Origin: a candidate division FCPU426 bacterium
GTDB lineage: Bacteria > Oederibacteriota > Muellerivitia > Muellerivitales > Muellerivitaceae
Assembly (NCBI GenBank): GCA_963796105.1
Contig: CAWCKJ010000012.1
Location: 96,001-160,000 of the forward strand
DNA length: 64,000 nt
Reading direction: 5' to 3'
Shown here: positions 40,629 to 51,488 of the stretch, in pieces
Position numbering within the stretch: position 1 is the stretch's first letter
How the letters are laid out: every line of letters starts with the position of its first letter
The notes under the pieces: model-generated
The model's input: the letters and a program-made list of their open reading frames with translations, nothing else
Databases searched by the model: none
Told to the model about the DNA's origin: nothing
Position numbers and translations under genes: made by a program

Positions 40629-41918
40629 TTATTGGGGCAAGACTCCCATTTCCGGGGTTGGAGTAGGCGGAAGAAGCTCTACCGGAACCAATTGAGTGGA
40701 AGAATTCGGTGTTGGATTTGAGCTTAAGCCTATGATTGGAGGAGATGGTTTTGCTTTAGGCATATCCGCAGTCTTTCCTTTAGAAACAGGCAGGGGTTGG
40801 AGATCGCCGGAAGAAGAATGATCCGAAGATGAATTATCAGTTTGAGTGTTATCGGAAAAACCAGCGATTGACACCGCGGAAGAAGACTTGGTTTCTGGGG
40901 TTTGCTGAAGCAAAGTCTTTTCTTGGGCAGCCAATCTCTCCGCTTCTTTCTTAGAAACTAAAGGCTTGGTAAGTTGAATCACGTGCAATTGGACAGCTTT
41001 GTCCTTTGGAACGAGATCGGAATATTTTTGCCAATGATAAAGAGCCAGCCCCATTTCTTCGTAACGTTCATAAATTTTGGCTACTTCCTTATGAGCTTGC
41101 GATTCTTTGTCATCCAAATCCAAAATGATCAAATATTCCTTACGGGCATTATCCCAATCGCGAAAACCGGCATAATGATCGGCCAAACGGTAATGGGCCA
41201 AAATATTGTTATTATTCAAGTCAACCGTGGCCTTATATTGCTCCACCGCTTTCGCTTCGTTTCCCTGGTTGAGGTACATGTCACCCAATTTGGATCTCAC
41301 GGAGGTATTAACCGGATCTACTCTGAGGGATTGCCGGTAATAAGCAATCGCTTCCTCATGTAGGGCTTGAGCCTCATAAGCGTCACCCAATCTCTCAAAC
41401 ACCTCAGAATTGTCTGGAAAGGCATCAACGGCTTTTTTCAACTCTGGAATTGCTTTGGAATATTGTTTTAAAGAAAAATAGGTCATACCCAAATTGTAAT
41501 GGGCGGAACCATATCCTGGATCGATCGCCAAAGCCTTTCGGGAGAAAACAATGGCTTCTGGAAAATCCTGGCGTTGAAGGTATACATAAGCTTTATTTGA
41601 AATAGCCGCAACATAATTGGGTTGAATTTGAATAGCTTTGTCAAACTGTTCGAGAGCCTCATCCATCATATTTTTCTTGGCGTACAGCTTGCCCAAATTG
41701 TTCCGAGCTTCCGCGTTGTAGGGGTCTCGTTCAATGGCGTCTCGGAAATATTTGATCGCGACCTCAGGTTTTCCCTCTTTTAGATAAACATTACCTTTGT
41801 CAGTATAATATTGGCTATCAAGAGCAGCCCGGGCGATGGATATAAAAAGGATTAAATACAAGGCTGCAAGGGCGAACCGAAGGCAAAAAATTGATCTTTT
41901 TCTTGCTAAAAAAGACAT
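40629..41918 (-). CDS. Exported TPR protein with low-complexity Ser/Pro tail
   Basis: AAGGAG RBS, hydrophobic leader, many TPR repeats (ARNNLG, AHYNLG). Confidence 0.88.
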   Translation of the reverse strand: MSFLARKRSIFCLRFALAALYLILFISIARAALDSQYYTDKGNVYLKEGKPEVAIKYFRDAIERDPYNAEARNNLGKLYAKKNMMDEALEQFDKAIQIQPNYVAAISNKAYVYLQRQDFPEAIVFSRKALAIDPGYGSAHYNLGMTYFSLKQYSKAIPELKKAVDAFPDNSEVFERLGDAYEAQALHEEAIAYYRQSLRVDPVNTSVRSKLGDMYLNQGNEAKAVEQYKATVDLNNNNILAHYRLADHYAGFRDWDNARKEYLIILDLDDKESQAHKEVAKIYERYEEMGLALYHWQKYSDLVPKDKAVQLHVIQLTKPLVSKKEAERLAAQEKTLLQQTPETKSSSAVSIAGFSDNTQTDNSSSDHSSSGDLQPLPVSKGKTADMPKAKPSPPIIGLSSNPTPNSSTQLVPVELLPPTPTPEMGVLPQ

Positions 41919-42124
41919 TCTCACTCCTTTGAGGTTTTCAAGAGGCGACTCCAACAATTGGAGAAATGATTTTAAGGGAGGGTTTTGGACCCGTCAATGT
42001 CCAAAAATCCTACCCCGTTAAAAAAGTATTATTTGGTTAAAGGAGTCGGCTTCAGTAAAATCCCTTTTTATCGCCGCTTTATTGCCATCCCTACCAGCTT
42101 TTACTGCTCCACCTTAATTTAATA

Positions 42125-43768
42125 CCTGAATTTTGCACCGAGTTTACCGATTCCGTGGCCAGATCGGCCTGAATCGGGACCCGACAGTGGCCATTTTCAT
42201 CAGAAGTGAACTTATGTGCAAAGAATTTTTTGCACCAAGCCACTTCTAGGCCGCCCTGGGTCTTTCCAATCGTTTTCGATCAAGGTATTTGAGGAAACCC
42301 AATAGGCCCGCTGTCCTATCATCATGGATTGAATACCTCACCACATCCCGATGGCCGTGATACTGGATTCGGGCGGCTACAAAGAGCATCTTCAAACGTG
42401 CGATCCGAAGGGTATGGTCCGGCATGGTGATCTGTTCCTTCTCCTGTGGCTTCTTTCCCGGTCGCTTTTCTTTTCCACAATGGCCCACCATTAGTTTCAT
42501 CCACCTCCAGAGGTTGTAAGCCAGCATCACGATCTGGAAAAAAGCATGGTGGCTTTGGAAACTCTTAGAGGGAATTGCTAATAACCCCTCCCGTTGCGCC
42601 TCACCAATCAGGTTTTCCACATCCGCGCGCAGGTCGTATTCCTCAACCACCCGATGGGGTGCTCCCAGACAGTTGGTCGCGAAGATTCGGTAGACATATC
42701 CTTCCATTTCAGGAAGGCTCAATTGTTTCTCCCGCGCTTTTTCATCCAGCGTCCTCATCGCCACAAACCGGACTGGTTGTTGCCAGCCTATGGGTTGATG
42801 GACACATTCGTTGTATTCGTGTTCTCCATGGCGGTACCAACCCTTTTTCGTGAAAGGCGGGTCATGCCGCTTGTTCCCGAAGATGAAAGAAAACCCTTCT
42901 TTTTCACAGGCTTTCACGCTTTCCCAGCCGATCATTTCACCGTCACCGCGCACCAGAATCGTCCGGACACAGGACGGCAAGAGTCGCCGGAATTGTCTAA
43001 TTTGGCGGGCCACTTCCTCAGAACTAAGGGTGGTTCCGCGTCTTTGGGTTCCGCACAAATATTCCCGGGTTTCCTGGAGAAAACACAGAATGGGCCTCAG
43101 TCCCTTCTTGCCCCGGTGCTTGGGGTTGTATCCTTTTCGGCTTCCCTCGATATTTCCGTAGACCGTTGCGGTGGTGGTATCGATGTTGATCTCCACCTTC
43201 TTGGGGGCATATTTCACCTGTCCCCAAACCTTGGCCCGTAACGCCCCACTCAGATTCAGCAACGATGCCGACTGCCCGATCCCCAGCGACCTCAGGTATC
43301 TCCAAAAAGTTGTCACTACCGGCAACAAGGGAACCCGCAGTAAACCGCACAGCATGACCTCACCCCGCAGGTAGGCAAAATGGCCAAGTCTTTGGAACCC
43401 GATGAAAAGAAGCATTAGGATGCCGCTTACCATCCGGTAGTGGCCCAAATTCGGAAGGCGTTTAGGTGCGGCATAGTGTTTTTTGAATTCCCGCTCAAAA
43501 TCAAGAAGGTCGAACATCTTCGCCAATGCCAACAATCCGCCAAAAGCTGTTAGGCGGTCTTCGCAAATACCTACGGGAGTATTGGCCGTAATCTTGGGCG
43601 CGATTCTCCCGTTTCGATTGGCTTTTTTCTGGACTTGCGGGTTTGATTTCTGAGGCGTATCTTGACGTTTCACCATCTGGGGGACCCTCTTTTAGGATGA
43701 GTTGGCTTCGCAACCCTTATCCTATAATGGTTTCCTAGATGGTTTTTTTATTAGGCGCAAAATTCAGG
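42125..43768 (-). mobile_element. Complete IS1380-family insertion sequence (1644 bp)
   Basis: 15-bp TIR CCTGAATTTTGC(A/G)CC; 5-bp target duplication TAATA at 42120-42124 and 43769-43773. Confidence 0.93.
42246..43676 (-). CDS. IS1380-family transposase
   Basis: LTAFGGL, INIDTT, GYNP...GLRP, VRGDG, Y-x2-R-x3-E-N (YDLRADVEN), LAYNL. Confidence 0.92.
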   Translation of the reverse strand: MVKRQDTPQKSNPQVQKKANRNGRIAPKITANTPVGICEDRLTAFGGLLALAKMFDLLDFEREFKKHYAAPKRLPNLGHYRMVSGILMLLFIGFQRLGHFAYLRGEVMLCGLLRVPLLPVVTTFWRYLRSLGIGQSASLLNLSGALRAKVWGQVKYAPKKVEINIDTTTATVYGNIEGSRKGYNPKHRGKKGLRPILCFLQETREYLCGTQRRGTTLSSEEVARQIRQFRRLLPSCVRTILVRGDGEMIGWESVKACEKEGFSFIFGNKRHDPPFTKKGWYRHGEHEYNECVHQPIGWQQPVRFVAMRTLDEKAREKQLSLPEMEGYVYRIFATNCLGAPHRVVEEYDLRADVENLIGEAQREGLLAIPSKSFQSHHAFFQIVMLAYNLWRWMKLMVGHCGKEKRPGKKPQEKEQITMPDHTLRIARLKMLFVAARIQYHGHRDVVRYSIHDDRTAGLLGFLKYLDRKRLERPRAA

Positions 43769-44071
43769 TAATACAAAATTACCTAAGTCGCCGTTCGGGC
43801 TTGAAAGACCAATTGTAAAGTTTTTTCTGTTTTAAAAATCGCCCGATAAATTGGAAAGGAATAAATCGGAAAAGGCCCTCCGCTTACAAGAGGTCCCTCC
43901 CGACATGTATTTCACAATGATCCTTATAATCCCTCTTTAAATAGAAATAAGAACCTTTTGTATGCTATTTCCCATAAAAATCTCAATATTTTCAATTGAG
44001 TTAATAATGATCTAGTTTAATGTCCCAATTGCAGGAATTCATCGTTTGGCATGAAATCAAGAAAGAAATGA

Positions 44072-44764
44072 TTACTTTCGGTGGCCATAAGATTGCATAT
44101 TCCCCGAAGGATGAGAATGCGAGGTGAGGCGAGAATGATATGAAACATGTTGATGCTCTCTCCCTGTTATTTTAAACAACGGTGCGGAACTGTCCTCTCC
44201 AGGTTCATTTTCCAAACCCTCAACTCCCTGTCGATATTGATCTCTCCACGCACTCACCTTACTCTGATCAGTCACAATAGTGGCTAAGCCGGTTTCCGTT
44301 TTCAGTCCATAAGTTTCAACGCCTTTGGCGGTTGGGATATATTCAGTTCCTGTAAATCCAGTTTTCATGCCTTTAAAACCTTGTCCTGCTGCGTTTTGGT
44401 AGCTTCCTTTTGCCTTAGCTAGATCTCTCTCAACGCCCCACCCATTCTCATAGCAAGAGCCAAGGACATACTGTGCTTGCGGATCTCCTTGTGCCGCCGA
44501 TTTCTGAAGCCATTTAGCCCCTTCAGATTCATCTTGTTTGACCCCTAGTCCCGACAAATAACAATAGCCCAAATCGTATTGAGCTCTAGCGTTCCCTTTT
44601 TCAGCAGCTATTTTAAAATATTGATAAGCGCCGGAATAATCCGCCATTTTCCGAGCCATTAAGCCTTTCGCCAACCAGTTTGGCGAATCATCAGAAGCAA
44701 AAGAAAACGTAACGTTTCCCAATAGAAACAATCCAAAAATTAACTGCATAAATATATTTTCCAT
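44072..44764 (-). CDS. Exported Sel1-repeat protein
   Basis: Signal peptide; AAEKGNARAQYDLG and AAQGDPQAQYVLG repeats. Confidence 0.88.
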   Translation of the reverse strand: MENIFMQLIFGLFLLGNVTFSFASDDSPNWLAKGLMARKMADYSGAYQYFKIAAEKGNARAQYDLGYCYLSGLGVKQDESEGAKWLQKSAAQGDPQAQYVLGSCYENGWGVERDLAKAKGSYQNAAGQGFKGMKTGFTGTEYIPTAKGVETYGLKTETGLATIVTDQSKVSAWRDQYRQGVEGLENEPGEDSSAPLFKITGREHQHVSYHSRLTSHSHPSGNMQSYGHRK

Positions 44765-44938
44765 ATGATTCTCCGGTCACAAATATCAATCGGTTGATAC
44801 GACCTATTTTATATTCTTTCGTTGAATATTTCAAAAGAATTAGGCGTTACTTACCATGAAAATCCCAATAAATTTAACCGCATTAATTTTAGGTTCTAAT
44901 AAAGTCCTTGGAAATAACCATCAATTCTTCAACATCTA

Positions 44939-45979
44939 TTAAACTTTCGAGTCATCCCCTAATACGAGATTCAAGGGAACCACGGCGCCATCGTGGATTT
45001 TACACCGACGGCCCAAAACCACTTCTTTAAGGTGTACTTGGTTCCCTATTTCCACGCCGTCCCAAAGTACGCTTTTTTCGACCGAGCTTCCTTCTCCTAT
45101 GATGCAATTCTTACCCAAAACGGAAAAAGGAAGAACTTTTGCCCCGTCTTGAAGGACACAGCCATCCTCCAATATTGCCGGGCCTTTTAAAACAACCTTT
45201 TTCCCAATTTTCACCTTTTTTCCGAGATAAAGTCCTCCGGTTTTTCTCCTCAATTCTGCAAAAACAGGAAAGGTCCCTTTCAATACATCCCAATGGGTGG
45301 TCAGGTATTTCCTCGGGGTTCCAATGTCCTGCCAATACCCGCTCCACACATATCCGCCAAAACGTTTTTTCGCTTCCAATAGGCCGGGAAAAAGGGCGTG
45401 CTCCGAGGAAAAAGGAACACCCTCTGGGATGAAACTAAAAACTTCCGGTTCAAAAATATAGATCCCCGAATTGATGGTGTTGGTTACGGCTTCCTCCTTG
45501 GAAGGCTTTTCCAAGAACTTAAAGATTTGGCTTTTTTTATCAATAAATACCAATCCATAGGGCGTAGGATCAGGAACCCGGACCAGCCCAATAGAGACGA
45601 TGTTTTTCGCCTTGCGATGAAATGCGATCATTTTTTTCAACGGAATATCCGTCAGGATGTCGCCATTCATCACCACCACCGGGGATCCCTTGACGAATTT
45701 TTCGGCGTTCTTGACAGCTCCCGCCGTACCTAAGGGGCTGTCCTCTAAGGCGTAACGAATTCGGACCCGCAAGCGCTTACCCTTGCTAAATGTGCGCTGG
45801 ATATCGTCCGAACGGTACCCAATGGAAAATACAATGTCATCAATCCCGGCCTTTTTTAAAAATTCAATTTGATAGGTCAAGAAAGGCACGCCGCATAGAG
45901 GCACAATATTTTTGGGCAGATGATCGGTCAGGGGCCTCATGCGAACCCCCTGCCCACCGACAATGATGACAGCCTTCAT
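44939..45979 (-). CDS. NDP-sugar synthase (mannose-1-phosphate guanylyltransferase-like) with hexapeptide C-domain
   Basis: GGQGVRMRPLT..PK, PLGTAGA, NGD, EKP, WQDIGTP. Confidence 0.92.
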   Translation of the reverse strand: MKAVIIVGGQGVRMRPLTDHLPKNIVPLCGVPFLTYQIEFLKKAGIDDIVFSIGYRSDDIQRTFSKGKRLRVRIRYALEDSPLGTAGAVKNAEKFVKGSPVVVMNGDILTDIPLKKMIAFHRKAKNIVSIGLVRVPDPTPYGLVFIDKKSQIFKFLEKPSKEEAVTNTINSGIYIFEPEVFSFIPEGVPFSSEHALFPGLLEAKKRFGGYVWSGYWQDIGTPRKYLTTHWDVLKGTFPVFAELRRKTGGLYLGKKVKIGKKVVLKGPAILEDGCVLQDGAKVLPFSVLGKNCIIGEGSSVEKSVLWDGVEIGNQVHLKEVVLGRRCKIHDGAVVPLNLVLGDDSKV

Positions 45980-46049
45980 ACAACACTCCGGGTTGAGTTA
46001 GTAATTTAAAGTTAACAATTAGCGGATTTTAATTTCTAACTCCACACTC

Positions 46050-46976
46050 CTAATTTCCAACTTTTTTTCTGTAATATTCGACCGTTTCTTCCAAACCTTT
46101 TATCAAATCGTAATTCGGTTCCCATTTCAGTAATTTTTTTGCTCGAGAGGGGTCTAACACGCTCTTCCTCAAATCCCCAAGCCGAGCCACAGTACGCTTG
46201 GCGGATTTTGGGTATCCCGTTGCTTTGGCCAAAATATCGAAGAGTTCATTGGTGGTGGTTTCAACCCCTGTTCCTATGTTGAAGGCGTCGTTCTTTGGAT
46301 AATCCAGTGCCAACAGATTGGCTCGAGCCAGATCCTTTACATAAACATAATCCCGAATGTTATAACCATCCCCGAAAATTTGAAAGTCCCCGCCATGAAT
46401 CATATTGTGGGTGAAAATAGCCACCACACCTCCCTCCCCCAGCGCGTCCTGACGGGGGCCATAAACATTGGCGTAGCGAAGGGTTACATATTCCAGGCCG
46501 AAATTCTGGGCGAACACATTCAGGTAAAGTTCAACCGAAGTTTTGCTTGCGCCGTAAACTGAGAAAGGCCTGGGCTTGGTTTCCTCCGTAAATGCTCCCT
46601 TCTCGGCTTCCCCATACATGGCCCCCCCCGAGGAGGCAAAAATGATCTTGCAAACCCCCGCCCTTCTACAAAGATCCATTAATAGAACTGATCCCAACAC
46701 GTTTATCTTTACGTCGAAATAGGGATCTTCCATGGAAGCTTTGACTTTGATCTGTGCCGCGTGGTGATTTACCACCTCAATCTTCTCGTCCTGCATGATT
46801 TGCTGGAGTTTTTCATCAAGAATGGATATTTCTTGGAATTTGGCCTTGGGATTGAGGTTTTCCTTTCGTCCCGTGGACAAGTCATCTACAACTATCACTT
46901 GATGCCCCGCCTGAATATAGGCATCCACTACGTGACTTGCTATGAATCCCGCCCCACCAGTTACAAGAATTTTCAT
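46050..46976 (-). CDS. NAD-dependent epimerase (UDP-glucose 4-epimerase-like)
   Basis: GGAGFIAS, HHAAQ, ASSGGA, YGASK, RYANVYGPRQ; alternative in-frame start at 47012. Confidence 0.93.
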   Translation of the reverse strand: MKILVTGGAGFIASHVVDAYIQAGHQVIVVDDLSTGRKENLNPKAKFQEISILDEKLQQIMQDEKIEVVNHHAAQIKVKASMEDPYFDVKINVLGSVLLMDLCRRAGVCKIIFASSGGAMYGEAEKGAFTEETKPRPFSVYGASKTSVELYLNVFAQNFGLEYVTLRYANVYGPRQDALGEGGVVAIFTHNMIHGGDFQIFGDGYNIRDYVYVKDLARANLLALDYPKNDAFNIGTGVETTTNELFDILAKATGYPKSAKRTVARLGDLRKSVLDPSRAKKLLKWEPNYDLIKGLEETVEYYRKKVGN

Positions 46977-47034
46977 GGATTGTCGATCTCCGTTTTTTGA
47001 CTCGAATGACATACTCTGAAGTTAAATGTAGCCT

Positions 47035-48423
47035 TTAATAAGCATGCTCATGTTCAAAGACATCCAGCACGGTACGTAGAATAATTTTAATGTCGAACCA
47101 AAGGTTCCAATTCTCTATGTAAAAGATGTCGTATTTCACTCTCTCATGTAAGGATGTATTTCCCCGAAAACCGTTGACCTGGGCCCATCCCGTGATCCCC
47201 GACTTAACCTGATGCCGCTCGAAATAGCGGGGTATTTCCTTTTCGAACTTTTCCACTAAGCCCGGCACCTCGGGCCTTGGGCCCACCAGGCTCATATTCC
47301 CCACTAAGACATTAAACAGCTGAGGGAGTTCATCCAAGCTTGTTTTGCGCATAATCATCCCGAAAGAAGTCACGCGTGGGTCGTCTTTTGCGGTAAAAGC
47401 CACTGTTTCAGAACCGGCTTTCATGGACCTAAACTTCATAATGCGAAATACCTTTCCATCCCTGCCAACTCTTTTTTGACTGAAAAATACCGGGCCAGGT
47501 GATGAAATTTTCACTCCCAGGGTCAATAAAACTAGGACGGGTGAAAGGAGAGTTAAACTAATCAAGGATAAGAAGAAATCAAACAACCTTTTCACCGCGC
47601 GGTTATGCCAAGCGTTCAAGGGAGCTTCTTTCAACTCAAAAACCGGCATGTCCAAGAGAACATCACTTTCCAAAGGGTTGGTTATCAACCCAAAAAGATC
47701 GGAAACTATTTTGTATTTTAAAGTTGTATCCTGTAGTGACACCAACAGAGGGACCAATTCGGCGTGATACCTGGCCGGCAATGCGAAAATCACTTCTTCG
47801 GGTTGCATTCTTTTAATGATCTGGTGAAATCGAGAAAGATTTCCCACCACCTTAAAATTTTCCACTTGTCCCGAGGTTTTTATTTCCGCGACGACTCCCG
47901 CCACCCGATAACCCAACCCGGGGTTCTGCCGTAGCCTCTGGAGCAAGACATGTGCAGTTTCTCCTGTTCCAACAATCAATACGCGGGTGACCCCGATACC
48001 GCGCCGGCGCATGAGGACTTGTACCCGTCTGATCGCTCCCCGTTCCAACCAAACAAACAGGGTAATAAAGGCCGCTGAAAAAATCACCACGAGCCGGGAG
48101 AAAGCGAAAAACTTGCTTAAAAAAGTCGCGGCCGCGATCAGGACAAAGGCCGCTAAGGCGCCTTGGAGAGTCTTGGAAAATTCGTCCACTCCCGAAATTC
48201 CACGCCGCCTGCGGTAAAGACCTAGGTATTTGAAAACAATCCAATGGGCCAAAATGACGAATAGGATGAAAGAACGGTAGTGCGGATAAACCGTGATGCT
48301 TTCAACCTTGAGCCAACCCGAGAAAAAACGGACCCAGTTGGCCAGAATAAAACAACAGCCAACCACCAGGCCGTCAAGAACAAAGCTGAGGACTGAAAAG
48401 ATGGAAGGAACTCGTAATTTCAC
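47035..48423 (-). CDS. wcaJ: Undecaprenyl-phosphate glucose phosphotransferase (priming transferase)
   Basis: N-terminal TMs, KRLFD, KFRSM, SLDELPQ, MSLVGPRPE, GITGWAQVNGFRG. Confidence 0.9.
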   Translation of the reverse strand: MKLRVPSIFSVLSFVLDGLVVGCCFILANWVRFFSGWLKVESITVYPHYRSFILFVILAHWIVFKYLGLYRRRRGISGVDEFSKTLQGALAAFVLIAAATFLSKFFAFSRLVVIFSAAFITLFVWLERGAIRRVQVLMRRRGIGVTRVLIVGTGETAHVLLQRLRQNPGLGYRVAGVVAEIKTSGQVENFKVVGNLSRFHQIIKRMQPEEVIFALPARYHAELVPLLVSLQDTTLKYKIVSDLFGLITNPLESDVLLDMPVFELKEAPLNAWHNRAVKRLFDFFLSLISLTLLSPVLVLLTLGVKISSPGPVFFSQKRVGRDGKVFRIMKFRSMKAGSETVAFTAKDDPRVTSFGMIMRKTSLDELPQLFNVLVGNMSLVGPRPEVPGLVEKFEKEIPRYFERHQVKSGITGWAQVNGFRGNTSLHERVKYDIFYIENWNLWFDIKIILRTVLDVFEHEHAY

Positions 48424-48570
48424 AACTCCTCCGAATTAAATCGCACATTTGGTTATTCGTAGTTACGGTCAGGTACTGAAAATTTGATATAAATCACATA
48501 CAGCTTAAAACCATATTCCCGGTTATTCTAGTCTTGATATCTTTATCGAAGGACCGCCAACTGGGATAAG

Positions 48571-49680
48571 TCAGCTTTCATTTTCCCCAATTCCTTTTAT
48601 TCCTAAAAACCTTCGGATATAAACCTGTGCCTTGAATAAGAAACGGTCCCTGGAAAAGGGCCTGGCTTTTTCCCTGAGTTCCTGAGGATCAAAGGAAAGT
48701 CTTTGAAATTTCTCCATGGCCGTTTCCAGGGACTCTTCGGTTTGTTCGTGAAAAAGAACGCCGGTCACCCCATCTTCAAGGGTGTCTTTCACTCCCCCTT
48801 CGCCATAGGCCACCACTGGACATCCGGAAGCCAGGGCCTCCAGGGGAACAATCCCAAAATCCTCCCGCCCGGGAAACAAGAGCGCCTTGGCACCTGCGTA
48901 AAGCGCGGGGACTTCATCGGAAGAGGCCCAACCCTCGAACTGGACCGTGGGCCCGGCCATAGATCGTAAGCGTTTTTCCTCACTTCCCCTTCCCACAATC
49001 CTCAATGGCCAGCCCCGCTTGGAACACACCCCTATGGCTAATTCGATCTTTTTATAGGGCACCAAGGCGGAAAGAACGAGGAAATAATCCCCTTTCCCCG
49101 TCCTGGCCTTAAACCGGTCAAAATCCAGGGGCGGATGGAGAATTTCGGCTTCACGCCCATAAATACGCTTTATTCGTTCCTGTGTTTCAGAGGAATTAGC
49201 CAGGAATTGGGTTACCCCTTTGTTGGATTCCAAATCCCGAGCCTGAAGGTAAGGACGGAAAAAACGGGCCGCGGTTCTTACCGGCCATGAGGCGGTAGGT
49301 CCAAAATAATCCTCAAACAGGTCCCAGATATATCGCATGGGTGTGTGGCAGTAGCAAAAATGAGGGACTTGCCTGGAATTTCTCACCCACTTGGCACAGG
49401 CGGAACTAGAGGAAACGATCAGGTCGTAACTGGAAATGTCGAATCCCCCCATAAGACCCCAATAAAGGGGTAGGTAATACTGGTATCGGGTTTTTCCGAA
49501 CGGAAATTTCTGAAGCCTGGAAGAAGTGATATGCCGCTTTTGGAAAATTGGGTCCATTTTCGACGAATCGTATACCAGGGTATAAAGGTCGGCGTCGGGA
49601 AAAAGTTCAAGGAAGCAAAGAAGAACATGCTCCCCGCCCCTCATTCCGGTCATCCAATCATGGACGATGGCGATCTTCAA
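48571..49680 (-). CDS. Glycosyltransferase family 4
   Basis: VHDWMTGMRGGE, YCHTPMRY, EDFGIVPLEALASG. Confidence 0.93.
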   Translation of the reverse strand: MKIAIVHDWMTGMRGGEHVLLCFLELFPDADLYTLVYDSSKMDPIFQKRHITSSRLQKFPFGKTRYQYYLPLYWGLMGGFDISSYDLIVSSSSACAKWVRNSRQVPHFCYCHTPMRYIWDLFEDYFGPTASWPVRTAARFFRPYLQARDLESNKGVTQFLANSSETQERIKRIYGREAEILHPPLDFDRFKARTGKGDYFLVLSALVPYKKIELAIGVCSKRGWPLRIVGRGSEEKRLRSMAGPTVQFEGWASSDEVPALYAGAKALLFPGREDFGIVPLEALASGCPVVAYGEGGVKDTLEDGVTGVLFHEQTEESLETAMEKFQRLSFDPQELREKARPFSRDRFLFKAQVYIRRFLGIKGIGENES

Positions 49681-49741
49681 CGGCCCTCCCTGAAAATGGA
49701 ACGGTCTTCAAGCGCTCTGGCCCAGAAAAAGGCGCCGAGGG

Positions 49742-50080
49742 TTAAAAAGCGAAGAGGTTTAAAAGGAAAAGTATGATGGCCCCGGCCAGAATCACCAACC
49801 CTGCCGCAAGGGCCAGTTTATACCAATCCCAATTCAGGGAATTCTGGTTTTGGTCGATGGTCGATACGGTCAACCCATCGTTTTGGGACAAGTGGGCGCA
49901 CGCATCACTTGCAAAAGCCTTTTTTTCCCATGTTTCACCCCAACATTGGCGGCAAATACTTTTGTGACAATGGGGACAGGACATAAAATCTTTCGGGTAA
50001 AGGGTCAATGTGGTTGCGCAAATCACGCAACGCTGGGGGTCGTTGATTGAGGCTGAATTTCTTTTCACGCCCTTGGTCAA
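49742..50080 (-). CDS. Small Cys-rich (putative zinc finger) protein with C-terminal TM anchor
   Basis: GGAGG RBS before TTG; CVIC, CPHC, CRQC, CAH; hydrophobic C-terminal helix. Confidence 0.7.
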   Translation of the reverse strand: MTKGVKRNSASINDPQRCVICATTLTLYPKDFMSCPHCHKSICRQCWGETWEKKAFASDACAHLSQNDGLTVSTIDQNQNSLNWDWYKLALAAGLVILAGAIILFLLNLFAF

Positions 50081-50178
50081 AGTTAAAAACCTCCGATTAT
50101 CAAGCTTTCTTTTGAATGGCTTTGAGTTTACCCCGAAAGGGATAGGACTTTAAAGTTATATATTAAGAAAACAGGGCT

Positions 50179-51444
50179 TTAAATGTATTCTTGAGATTCC
50201 AACACTTTGATATTCATAAACCGGCAATAGAGGAGAGACCCCAGGTTCAACATTCTAGACATAATACCCCGATCTCTTGCCACCCGGCCACTCATCATGG
50301 AAAGGATTTCTTCGTCTGTCACCTTTCGTCTTTCCTGAATAACCTTCCGTTTTTTTGCAATCAATCCAAAATGGGTTAAGATCCAAATAAACGACGCCAG
50401 AGTTGAAAATAACCATTGAGGAGAAAAAATAATTCCCTGAATAAATTGGGCCAATAAATCCAACGCCAACCAAGGTGATATTTTCCGAAGTGTACCAGCC
50501 TCATAAAGTAAAAGGAGATTCAACCAACGATTTCGGATTTTATAAAAATCGCTTTTCCAACCTGGAAAGCGGGACATAGTTCCTCCTTCCTCATGGAAAA
50601 CCCTGGCACCCTCGGCCTGGAATACCCCAAAGCCATTTAAACGCAATTTCCAACCCAAAAAAACGTCTTCTTGGTAAATGAAATAATCAGGATCAAATGG
50701 TCCTTCGGGCAAAAGCCTGCGGATATAAGCCATGGCACTTCCATTAGGGTGAAAAAATACTTTTTTGTCGCTGAAAAACCCTTCCATGGGTTCAGCAAGA
50801 AAATTCAAAGTTTGTACCTCTTCGGTGTAAACAATTGCTTTTTTTTGATTTTGCCGGGGTTTGACTTCCCCAGCCACCGCGCCTCCCTTTGGCCACCTAT
50901 TCTTAGCGCTCTCAACCACCTTGGCTATCCAATCCGGGGTAAGCATTGCGTCATTATTTAAAAATACCACCAAATCTCCCTTGGAGCACTTTGCCCCAAG
51001 ATTTGCGGCTAACACAAATCCGAAATTTTCCTGGCATTCCAAGATCCTCACTTGGGGATAATTAGATCGAACAAAGGAAAGGCTGGCATCATCTGAACGG
51101 TTATCAACAAGAATTGTCTCAAGGGGAGGATAAGTTTGGGTTTTCAGTGAGAAAAGGCAATTCCAAAGAAAATCCACTCCGTTGTAGTTGACTATTACTA
51201 CTGAAACCGTTGGATTCTCGGGAAATTTATCCGGAACTTCATTTTTTTCGCGAAGACGGGAGACAAACTCACCCAACAGGAGGGAAGATTTAAGGGACAA
51301 TGTTCCATTGTTTTCTTTCGAATCTTCCCCTGAAATGGAATAACCCGTTGGCCCCTGATCTTCCAATGGGGATGAAGCGTTCAAATAATCGGATATTTCC
51401 TTATCCAATGTTCCTGAACTAAAGGGTAGTGACTTCTTAGGCAT
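50179..51444 (-). CDS. Glycosyltransferase family 2 (rhamnosyltransferase-like) with N-terminal extension
   Basis: VVIVNYNG, VDNRSDD, ENFGF, FLNND, YFIYQED. Confidence 0.88.
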   Translation of the reverse strand: MPKKSLPFSSGTLDKEISDYLNASSPLEDQGPTGYSISGEDSKENNGTLSLKSSLLLGEFVSRLREKNEVPDKFPENPTVSVVIVNYNGVDFLWNCLFSLKTQTYPPLETILVDNRSDDASLSFVRSNYPQVRILECQENFGFVLAANLGAKCSKGDLVVFLNNDAMLTPDWIAKVVESAKNRWPKGGAVAGEVKPRQNQKKAIVYTEEVQTLNFLAEPMEGFFSDKKVFFHPNGSAMAYIRRLLPEGPFDPDYFIYQEDVFLGWKLRLNGFGVFQAEGARVFHEEGGTMSRFPGWKSDFYKIRNRWLNLLLLYEAGTLRKISPWLALDLLAQFIQGIIFSPQWLFSTLASFIWILTHFGLIAKKRKVIQERRKVTDEEILSMMSGRVARDRGIMSRMLNLGSLLYCRFMNIKVLESQEYI

Positions 51445-51488
51445 TTGGCCCCTTCGATTTGGCTATTGAAACTATTTATCATTCATAT

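Noticed and set aside
41960..44071. Gene disrupted by the IS1380 element
   Set aside because: The flanks that I translated gave no convincing ORF; the insertion appears intergenic.
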